A stretch of 64,000 bases of DNA, from assembly GCA_905215755.1 (NCBI GenBank), contig CAJMRE010000003.1, positions 7,424 through 71,423 of the forward strand, read 5' to 3'. How positions within the stretch are numbered: the first letter of the stretch is position 1; each line of letters begins with the position of its first letter. Source of the DNA: an uncultured bacterium (GTDB taxonomy: Bacteria > Actinomycetota > Coriobacteriia > Coriobacteriales > Coriobacteriaceae). Both the position numbers and the translations under genes were made by a program. The notes under the pieces were generated by a model. The model made no database searches and had not been told where the DNA came from. It saw only the letters and a list, made by a program, of their open reading frames with translations. This document shows positions 57,262 through 64,000 of this stretch, piece by piece.

Positions 57262-58554
57262 GTGCTCGCACCCCATATTTCCGTCGTCAACCTCGGTTGC
57301 CGTGTCAACCGGGTTGAGTCTGACCGTATCACTGCCGATCTTATGCGCCTGGGCTTTGCTATTGTGGAGCCCCAGGATGCCGATCTGATCGTCATTAACA
57401 CTTGTGCCGTTACGGGCGAGGCCGAGGCCAAGACCCGTAAGGCCGTCCGTCATGCGCTGGCCCATCCAAACGAGCCCTATGTGCTCGTGACCGGATGCGT
57501 GGTCAATTTGCATCCCGAGGAGCTGCCGGAGCTTTCGGATCGCGTGATTGCCGAGCCGTCCAAGATAGATGTCGCCGAACGTGTTTGCGAGGTGCTGGGT
57601 GTTGAGTCCGATAGCGTTCCCGCCTGCAGCGATGGCGAGGTGGTCGACGTTCTCGGTCGCTCTCGCCTGGGCGTGAAGATTCAGGACGGCTGCAACCATC
57701 GCTGCACCTATTGCATTGTGTGGAAGACGCGCGGCCCCGAGCGCTCCGTGCCGGTCGAGTCCGTGCTCGAGCAAGTTCGCGAGGCCCAGGAGGCCGGCGT
57801 GCCCGAGGTGGTGCTGACCGGTGTGAACCTGGGTGCCTACGATGGCAAGAGCACGACCGACGAGCATGTCGAAATCGATGAGCTGCTCGAGGCCATCATG
57901 GAGCGCACGTCTATTCCGCACGTGCGCATCTCCTCGGTGGAGCCCATGGATATTTCCGAGCGCTTGCTCAAGGTGATGGCTCGCTATCCGAAGCGTATCG
58001 CTCCGTTTTTGCACCTGCCCGTGCAGTCCGGCTGCACGGCGACCCTGCATCGCATGGGCCGTCCCTATAGCGCCGTGGCCTTCGAGGACACGGTGCGTAT
58101 GATACGCGCCAATCTGCCGCAGGCGTCCCTTTCTTGCGACGTTATTGTCGGCTTCCCCGGTGAGACGGACGAGGAGTTCGAGGAGTCGCTGGCGCTGTGC
58201 CGCCGTGTGGGTTTCTCGCGTATGCACGTGTTCCGCTACAGCAAGCGTCCCGGTACCCTTGCCGCCGATATGCCCGACCAGGTTCCGCCCGAGGTTATGG
58301 CCGAGCGCAGCCGCCGTATGCGGGCCGCTGCACAGGAGCTCGCTATTGCCGACGCTCGCCGTCGCGTGGGCACGGTTGAGCGTGCCGTGCTCGAGTATGG
58401 TGACAACCTGACGCTCGGCTCGTTCCATCATGCCCGTCTTGACGATACCTGTGGACTTACAGCCCCGTGCCTGCTCGATGTTGCTATCATCGGAGTCGAT
58501 GATTCCGGCTTGGTCCATGCACGCAGGGAGGTTCATGGAAGCCTCGAAGATTAG
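57262..58554 (+). CDS. mtaB: MiaB-like radical SAM methylthiotransferase (MtaB type)
   Basis: N-terminal UPF0004 domain (NLGCRVNRVES), radical SAM CNHRCTYCIV and a TRAM-like C-terminus. Confidence 0.85.
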   Translation: MLAPHISVVNLGCRVNRVESDRITADLMRLGFAIVEPQDADLIVINTCAVTGEAEAKTRKAVRHALAHPNEPYVLVTGCVVNLHPEELPELSDRVIAEPSKIDVAERVCEVLGVESDSVPACSDGEVVDVLGRSRLGVKIQDGCNHRCTYCIVWKTRGPERSVPVESVLEQVREAQEAGVPEVVLTGVNLGAYDGKSTTDEHVEIDELLEAIMERTSIPHVRISSVEPMDISERLLKVMARYPKRIAPFLHLPVQSGCTATLHRMGRPYSAVAFEDTVRMIRANLPQASLSCDVIVGFPGETDEEFEESLALCRRVGFSRMHVFRYSKRPGTLAADMPDQVPPEVMAERSRRMRAAAQELAIADARRRVGTVERAVLEYGDNLTLGSFHHARLDDTCGLTAPCLLDVAIIGVDDSGLVHARREVHGSLED

Positions 58555-59521
58555 ACTTACCGTTCCCGAGGGAATTGATCCCTCGCGCGTTTTGGGCGCC
58601 GGCGACGGCGTCCTTCGTGCGCTTGAGAGCTTGGTTCGCGCCCATGTGGTCGCCCGTGGCGATAGCATCTCCGTGAGCGGCGACCCGGACGAGGTCGAAC
58701 TCGTGGCGCGCTTTTTCGAGCACGCTTTTCGCGAGGCGGCCGCCGGGCGCACGCTGTCTGCCGACGATGTCTCTCGCTGCCTGGCCGTCTTGCGCGACGG
58801 TGAGCACGAGGCTACGTCGCTTCGCGATGACGTGCTGCTTTCGTATCGCGGCCGTGCCATTCGCCCCAAGACGCTGGGCCAAAAGCGCTATGTGGATGCC
58901 ATCCGCACGCATACCATCACGTTTGGCCTGGGTCCTGCCGGCACCGGTAAGACCTATCTGGCCATGGCGCTCGCCGTTGCCGCGCTCAAGCGCCACGAGG
59001 TGGGCCGGCTGATCTTGACGCGTCCGGTTGTCGAGGCGGGGGAGAACTTGGGCTTTTTGCCCGGCACCCTCGAGGAAAAGATCGATCCCTACATGCGTCC
59101 GCTCTACGACGCCCTTTTTGACATGATGGATCGCGAGCGCACCGATGAGCTTATGGAGCGTGGCGTGATCGAGATCGCCCCGCTTGCCTACATGCGCGGC
59201 CGCACGCTGAGCGATGCCTTCGTGGTGCTCGACGAGGCGCAAAATACCACGCCTGAGCAGATGAAGATGTTCCTGACGCGCTTGGGCTTTAACTCCAAGT
59301 TTGTGATTACCGGCGACCTGAGCCAGCGCGACCTGGTGGGTCGTCGTGGCGGTCTTGCCGACGTTGAGCAGATTTTGGGCCGTGTCGACGATGTCGCATT
59401 TTCGCACCTCGAGCGCGCCGACGTGGTGCGCCATGCCTTGGTGGGACGTATCGTCGAGGCATACGACACTTATGATGACGTGCGCGAGCAGCGCCCGCGC
59501 GACCGAAAGGAGTCCCGTTGA
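58535..59521 (+). CDS. phoH: PhoH-like ATPase (YbeZ)
   Basis: GPAGTGKTYLAMA Walker A and VVLDEAQN Walker B. GGGAGG before ATG 58535. The ORF track starts at 58430. Confidence 0.9.
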   Translation: MEASKIRLTVPEGIDPSRVLGAGDGVLRALESLVRAHVVARGDSISVSGDPDEVELVARFFEHAFREAAAGRTLSADDVSRCLAVLRDGEHEATSLRDDVLLSYRGRAIRPKTLGQKRYVDAIRTHTITFGLGPAGTGKTYLAMALAVAALKRHEVGRLILTRPVVEAGENLGFLPGTLEEKIDPYMRPLYDALFDMMDRERTDELMERGVIEIAPLAYMRGRTLSDAFVVLDEAQNTTPEQMKMFLTRLGFNSKFVITGDLSQRDLVGRRGGLADVEQILGRVDDVAFSHLERADVVRHALVGRIVEAYDTYDDVREQRPRDRKESR

Positions 59522-60027
59522 GTGTATTGATCAGCAACGATGCCGAGCTCGATACGCTGCTCGATGCGCAGGAGGTGGAGCACATCTGCGAGGTCGTGCT
59601 TGCCGCCGAGGGCGTTGAGCGTGAAGTCGAGATTTCCCTTTCGTATGTCGACGAGGACGAGATGCACGAGCTCAACCACGAGTGGCGCGGTATCGATCGC
59701 ACCACCGATGTACTCTCGTTTGAGTGCGATTCGGCCTTTGACGATGACATTCCCGCCGATGAGACGCTCGAGCTCGGCGATATTATCTTGGCCCCGCAGG
59801 TTATTGCCCGTCAGGCCCCCGGTTTTGGCAATAGCCCCGCTGACGAGTGCCGTCTGATGCTCGTTCACGGCATGCTGCACCTGCTGGGCTATGACCACAT
59901 CGAGGACGACGAGGCCGAGGTCATGGAGGCCCGCGAGGACGCCATCCTGCGCGATTTGGCGCTCGAGCGCGGCGAGGACCCCAAGCTAGTCCACGTCGGC
60001 CCCATCACCAACCACGCCCACGACTAG
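59518..60027 (+). CDS. ybeY: rRNA maturation endoribonuclease YbeY
   Basis: LVHGMLHLLGYDH zinc-binding motif. phoH-ybeY-dgkA-era order. Confidence 0.9.
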   Translation: MSVLISNDAELDTLLDAQEVEHICEVVLAAEGVEREVEISLSYVDEDEMHELNHEWRGIDRTTDVLSFECDSAFDDDIPADETLELGDIILAPQVIARQAPGFGNSPADECRLMLVHGMLHLLGYDHIEDDEAEVMEAREDAILRDLALERGEDPKLVHVGPITNHAHD

Positions 60028-60036
60028 GAGCCGTCT

Positions 60037-60414
60037 ATGATTCCCGGATCGAACAAGGACCATCCGTCCTTCTTAAAGTCGTTTTCTTACGCTATGGAGG
60101 GCTTCGTCACCGCCGTCAAGACCGAGCGCAACATTAAGGTCATGCTCGTGGCGGGCGTGTGCACCGTCATTGCAGGCTGCATCGTGGGGCTCGACATTGC
60201 CGAGTGGGCCACGATTATCATCTGTTGCGGCCTGGTGATCCACGGCGAGCTTTGCAATACCGCCATGGAGGCCATCGTCGACCTGGCGACCCAGGAGCTC
60301 CATCCGCTGGCCAAGCGTGCGAAGGACATCGCCGCCGCCTCCGTATACGTTCTTTCCATCACCGCCGCGATTGTGGGCTTGCTGGTATTTGCCCACGCGC
60401 TCGGCTTTATTTAG
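60037..60414 (+). CDS. dgkA: Diacylglycerol / undecaprenol kinase (DgkA family)
   Basis: About 125 aa with three TM segments. N-terminal SFSYAMEGFVTAVKTERN and ELCNTAMEAIVD. Confidence 0.85.
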   Translation: MIPGSNKDHPSFLKSFSYAMEGFVTAVKTERNIKVMLVAGVCTVIAGCIVGLDIAEWATIIICCGLVIHGELCNTAMEAIVDLATQELHPLAKRAKDIAAASVYVLSITAAIVGLLVFAHALGFI

Positions 60415-60426
60415 AAAGGGATTCCC

Positions 60427-61494
60427 ATGTCCGACAATATGCAGCCTACCGATGAGATTTTGGACGACGAGTCCCTGGACGCGGTGGATACCGAGGAGCT
60501 CGAGGATGTCGAGGAGTTCGACCCGTTTGAGGGTATGAGCGACGAGGAACTCGACGCCCTGTGCGACGAGGACGACAACCTCGCGGGCTTTGGCGACGTG
60601 GAGCCCGGTTTCCGCAGCGGCTTTGTGGCCCTGGTCGGTCGTCCCAACGCTGGCAAGTCCACGCTGCTTAATGCCTGCTATGGCAAAAAGGTCGCCATCA
60701 CCTCGCCGGTGGCCCAGACGACCCGCCGCCGCATGCGCGCCGTCGTTAACCGTCCCGGCTACCAGCTGGTCTTTGTCGATACCCCGGGTATCCACAAGCC
60801 CAAGGACGGTCTGGGTTCCGAGCTCAACAAGAGTGCGTTGTTCGAGCTGAACGATGTTGACGTCGTCGCGTTTTTGATTGATGCCACCAAACCTATCGGC
60901 AGGGGAGACGCTTGGGTTGCCGAGCGCGTCAGATGCGCCCGTTCCAAGAAGGTTCTGGTGCTCACTAAGGCCGATGAGGCCGACCCCGCACAGGTCATGG
61001 AGCAGCTTAAGGCTGCCCACGAGCTCATGGAATATGACGATGAGATCGTGACGTCGTCGGTCAAGAACTTCAACGTCGATGCCTTTATCGAGACCGTTGC
61101 GCACTTTTTGCCCGAGGGTCCGCGTTGGTTCCCCGAGGACATGGGTACCGACGCTTCCGATGAGACGCTCGTTGCCGAGTTTGTGCGCGAGAAGGTCTTG
61201 CGCCGCACCCGTGATGAGATTCCGCACTCCGTTGGCGTGATCTGCGATGCGCTTGAGCAGACCAAGAAGGTGCTGCGCGTGCACGCCACCATTTACGTCG
61301 AGCGCGAGGGCCAAAAGGGCATCATCATCGGCAAGGGCGGCGAGATGATCAAGCATATCGGTATCGACGCCCGTCGCGATCTTGAGCGCATCTTTGGCAC
61401 GCAGGTCTTTTTGGAGCTGGACGTGAAGGTCAAGGCCGGCTGGCGTGACGACGAGGCCCAGATTCGCCGCTTTGGCTATAACGCCGAGGACTAA
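60427..61494 (+). CDS. era: GTPase Era with an acidic N-terminal extension
   Basis: VGRPNAGKSTL, DTPGIH and TKAD, with a C-terminal KH domain. About 60 aa of D/E-rich extension. Confidence 0.93.
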   Translation: MSDNMQPTDEILDDESLDAVDTEELEDVEEFDPFEGMSDEELDALCDEDDNLAGFGDVEPGFRSGFVALVGRPNAGKSTLLNACYGKKVAITSPVAQTTRRRMRAVVNRPGYQLVFVDTPGIHKPKDGLGSELNKSALFELNDVDVVAFLIDATKPIGRGDAWVAERVRCARSKKVLVLTKADEADPAQVMEQLKAAHELMEYDDEIVTSSVKNFNVDAFIETVAHFLPEGPRWFPEDMGTDASDETLVAEFVREKVLRRTRDEIPHSVGVICDALEQTKKVLRVHATIYVEREGQKGIIIGKGGEMIKHIGIDARRDLERIFGTQVFLELDVKVKAGWRDDEAQIRRFGYNAED

Positions 61495-61509
61495 GGACGC
61501 GCGGCGCGC

Positions 61510-62259
61510 ATGGCAGGCTCCCGGACATATCGCACGAAAGTGGTCGTGCTCGATAAGACTAAGCTCAAAGAGACCGACCTGATCTTGACGATGCTTGACG
61601 AGCGGGGGCGGCAGGTTCGTGCCGTGGCAAAGGGCGCCCGCAAACCCGGCGGACGCCTGGCTGCGCGCTGCGAGCTGTTCTGTACGGTCGATATGCTGCT
61701 CGCACATGGACGGTCACTCGACGTGGTTTCCCAGGCCGAGCTTATGGAGGCGCCGCTCGGCGCTGCGCCCGATTACGAGACGACCTGCGCCGCAAGCGCG
61801 ATCGCCGAGGTTGCGCGCGTGTGCTCGTTCGAGGACGCCGAGGACCCGTTTACCTTTGCCATCACGCAGCGAGCGCTTGCCCTGGTGGGCAGCGGGCTTG
61901 ACACGGCGCATATGGACCTACTTGTGGCGGCATATGTCTTTAAGCTGCTGTCGCACGTTGGCTATCGACCCGATTTTTCGGCCTGTGTGCTGTGCGGAGA
62001 CCCCATGCTGTCGTATTTTTCAGCCCAGGCGGGCGGTCTCATGTGCGGGTCGTGCGCGTCGAGCGTTCCAGGTGCCGAACTGGTGTCGACCGGTGAGACC
62101 GCATGGCTGCGCGCCCTCATGTCCATGACCTTCGATGCGCTCATGGCCGAGCGAATCGACCCGCATACGGCGGCATTCCTGCTCGGGCTTTCGCATGTTT
62201 GGGCTGCGACGCACACCGATCAGCGCCTCCGCGCGATGGAATTCATGTTGGGTCGGTGA
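61510..62259 (+). CDS. recO: DNA repair protein RecO
   Basis: OB-fold N-domain and zinc-finger-like CVLCGD...CGSC. era-recO linkage. Confidence 0.88.
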   Translation: MAGSRTYRTKVVVLDKTKLKETDLILTMLDERGRQVRAVAKGARKPGGRLAARCELFCTVDMLLAHGRSLDVVSQAELMEAPLGAAPDYETTCAASAIAEVARVCSFEDAEDPFTFAITQRALALVGSGLDTAHMDLLVAAYVFKLLSHVGYRPDFSACVLCGDPMLSYFSAQAGGLMCGSCASSVPGAELVSTGETAWLRALMSMTFDALMAERIDPHTAAFLLGLSHVWAATHTDQRLRAMEFMLGR

Positions 62260-62283
62260 TGATGCGCAGGCGCGGGCTGCTTG

Positions 62284-62292
62284 TGGTAACAT
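62284..62292 (+). promoter_or_regulatory. Candidate extended -10 TGGTAACAT upstream of rpsO
   Basis: Read directly. Implies an approximately 100-nt leader containing alternative hairpins ggcga/tcgcc and gtcgcc/ggcgac. Confidence 0.35.
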
Positions 62293-62397
62293 ACCGACCT
62301 GTTGGTACCTCGACCTTGGTTGTTCGCTCCACCGGCGGCTTCCCAGTCCGAGGCGAATCGAGTCGCCCGTGGGCGACGCAAAACGAAAGGTGAAACA

Positions 62398-62676
62398 ATG
62401 ACTGTTTCCAAAGAGCGCAAGGCGGAGCTGACTGCCCAGTTCGGTAACACCCCGGTCGACACCGGCAACCCCAAGGTTCAGGTCGCCATCCTGTCCGAGC
62501 GCATCAAGGAGCTGACCGAGCACATGAAGTCCCACCAGAAGGACTTCCACACCCGTCGTGGCCTGCTCATGCTCGTCGGTCGTCGTCGTCGTCTTCTTTC
62601 CTACATCAAGAAGAACGACATCGTCGAGTACCGTGAGCTCATCAAGGCTCTGGGCATCCGCGACAACATCCAGTAG
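62398..62676 (+). CDS. rpsO: 30S ribosomal protein S15
   Basis: [16 protein letters not shown]...[26 protein letters not shown]-type sequence. AAAGGTGA RBS. The ORF track starts at 62302. Confidence 0.94.
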   Translation: [92 protein letters not shown]

Positions 62677-62690
62677 GATTTGTACATGCT

Positions 62691-62722
62691 AAGAGCGTCC
62701 TGCGCAGCGGGGCGCTCTTTTT
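62691..62722 (+). terminator. Terminator/attenuator between rpsO and pnp
   Basis: aagagcg ... cgctctt stem followed by tttttg. Confidence 0.7.
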
Positions 62723-62825
62723 GTGTAAGGGCGCGAACAATCACGCTCTGAAGCGTGGCGGGGGCAGGGGGCCCGCGTCACATGAGAAGCCCGCAGGCAA
62801 GGGGCCTGTGGGGTAAAGGAGAACA

Positions 62826-64000
62826 ATGACACTCGTATCCAAGACCTTTGAGCTGTACGGCAAGACCTACACCTTCGAGTCGGGCGAGCTTGCCAAGCAG
62901 GCCACCGGCGCCTGCCTGGTCAAGCAGGGCGACACCACGATGCTCGACACCGTGGTCGTCTCCAAGGAGCGCAAGAACTACGACTTCTTCCCGCTGACCG
63001 TCGACTTCAACGAGAAGATGTACGCCGCAGGGCGCATCCCGGGTGGCTACCTCAAGCGTGAGGGCCGTCCCAGCGAGAAGGCCACGCTCACCGCGCGCAT
63101 GATCGACCGTCCGATTCGCCCGAGCTTCCCGGACGGTTTCCGCAACGAGGTGCACATCGTCGCCACCTCGCTTGTTGCCGACCAAGTCAACCCCTTTGAC
63201 GTCATCAACGTCATGGGTGCTTCCCTGGCCATGACGCTCGGCGGCGTGCCCTTCGAGGGCCCGCTTGCCTGCGTGCGCATCGGCCGCAACGTGGAGACCG
63301 GCGAGTTTATCGTCAACCCCACCTACGAGGAGCGCGAGAACTCCGATCTGGACCTGGAGCTGGGCGGATCCGCCGACTTCATCTCGATGGTCGAGGCCGG
63401 CGCCGAGGAGATCTCCGAGGACGACATGCTCGCCGCCATGAAGTTTGGCCAGGAGGCCCTTGCCGCTTTCTGCCAGGCTCAGGACGAGTTCGTCGCCGAG
63501 TGGGAGCAGGTCAACGGCCCCATCGTCAAGAAGGAGTACCCGCTCGACCAGCCCGTCGAGGAGGTCCAGGAGCGCATCTTCGCCCACTACGACGAGATGG
63601 CAGCCGCCCTTCGTGACGCCGACAAGCTCTCCCGTATCGGCAAGGTTGAGGCTCTGAAGGAGTCCATCCGTGCCGAGTTCACCGAGGAGGAGCAGGCCGC
63701 TTGGGAGCGCGAGATCCCCGTGGCGCTCAAGAAGCTCGAGAAGAAGGCCATGCGCACCATGGTCGTCGAGACCGGTGAGCGCGTCGACGGTCGTGCCGCC
63801 GACGAGATCCGTCCCATCATGGTGAAGGACAACTACCTGCCGCTCGTTCACGGCTCCGGTTTGTTCCAGCGTGGCCAGACCCAGGTGCTCTCGGTTCTTT
63901 CGCTCGGCATGCTCAACGAGGGCCAGCGTCTGGATACCATCGAGCCCACCGAGGGCAAGCGCTACATGCACCACTACAACTTCCCGCCTTTCTGCACCGG
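62826..64000 (+). CDS. pnp: Polyribonucleotide nucleotidyltransferase (PNPase), 5' partial; runs off the window
   Basis: Hand translation from ATG 62826 (AAAGGAG RBS) gives MTLVSKTFELYGKTYTFESGELAKQATGA...FFPLTVDFNEKMYAAGRIPGGYLKREGRPSEKATLTARMIDRPIRP...YMHHYNFPPFCTG. It is absent from the ORF track because there is no stop in the window. Confidence 0.93.
   Translation, partial: MTLVSKTFELYGKTYTFESGELAKQATGACLVKQGDTTMLDTVVVSKERKNYDFFPLTVDFNEKMYAAGRIPGGYLKREGRPSEKATLTARMIDRPIRPSFPDGFRNEVHIVATSLVADQVNPFDVINVMGASLAMTLGGVPFEGPLACVRIGRNVETGEFIVNPTYEERENSDLDLELGGSADFISMVEAGAEEISEDDMLAAMKFGQEALAAFCQAQDEFVAEWEQVNGPIVKKEYPLDQPVEEVQERIFAHYDEMAAALRDADKLSRIGKVEALKESIRAEFTEEEQAAWEREIPVALKKLEKKAMRTMVVETGERVDGRAADEIRPIMVKDNYLPLVHGSGLFQRGQTQVLSVLSLGMLNEGQRLDTIEPTEGKRYMHHYNFPPFCT

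Noticed and set aside
62723-62825. G-tracts (GGGGG-CA-GGGGG ... GGGG-CCTGT-GGGG) in the pnp leader, considered as a G-quadruplex.
   Set aside because: The central loop would be about 30 nt, and the G-runs are also engaged in ordinary hairpins. This is more likely the usual structured pnp leader.

Overview
This 64 kb window is high-GC, very gene-dense, and almost all on the + strand. I call 64 protein-coding genes, and nearly all are core housekeeping. I saw no rRNA, tRNA or CRISPR array and no obvious defence or prophage island.

Gene content, left to right:
- rplU-rpmA-obg-nadD-yqeK-rsfS, then an IS200/RAYT-like Y1 transposase gene, then dinB (-)
- rpsP-khpA-rimM-trmD-lepB, glyQ-glyS, and the PPDK regulatory protein with ppdK
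- rplS-rnhB, then yraN-comM-dprA-trmFO-xerC
- rpsB-tsf-pyrH-frr-uppS-cdsA-dxr-rseP-ispG-proS
- An APH-fold kinase, adhE and rpmB, all on the - strand
- pyrR-pyrB-pyrC-pyrK-pyrD-pyrF, then mihF-gmk-rpoZ-thiI
- comEA-comEC-holA, then rpsT-lepA-dus-hemW
- A DnaJ paralogue, then dnaJ-mtaB-phoH-ybeY-dgkA-era-recO-rpsO, and the 5' part of pnp (it runs off the window and is absent from the ORF track)

The window combines an actinobacterial signature (pyrF-mihF-gmk-rpoZ) with Firmicute-like gene order (comE...holA...lepA-hemW...dnaJ...era-recO). That suggests a Coriobacteriia-like actinobacterium such as Collinsella, but this is inference only.

I found no convincing new multi-gene system. The observations most worth a second look are:
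1. A bipartite T/G-rich sequence block shared almost exactly by the upstream regions of the two DNA-uptake operons (yraN-comM-dprA and comEA-comEC-holA).
2. A low-GC RAYT/IS200-like gene bracketed by two inverted 35-nt palindromic units, inserted exactly at the rsfS stop codon.
3. A DnaJ paralogue whose C-terminal domain is replaced by a multi-pass membrane anchor. It lies in tandem with canonical dnaJ, where hrcA-grpE-dnaK would be expected.
4. A xerC whose conserved N-terminal domain lies upstream of any ATG/GTG/TTG, which implies an ATA or CTG start coupled to the trmFO stop.
5. A recurrent TGCTAT..T extended -10 signature at nine promoters.

All coordinates were read by hand. Start codons are my best choice within the supplied ORFs. 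No database or folding computation was possible.
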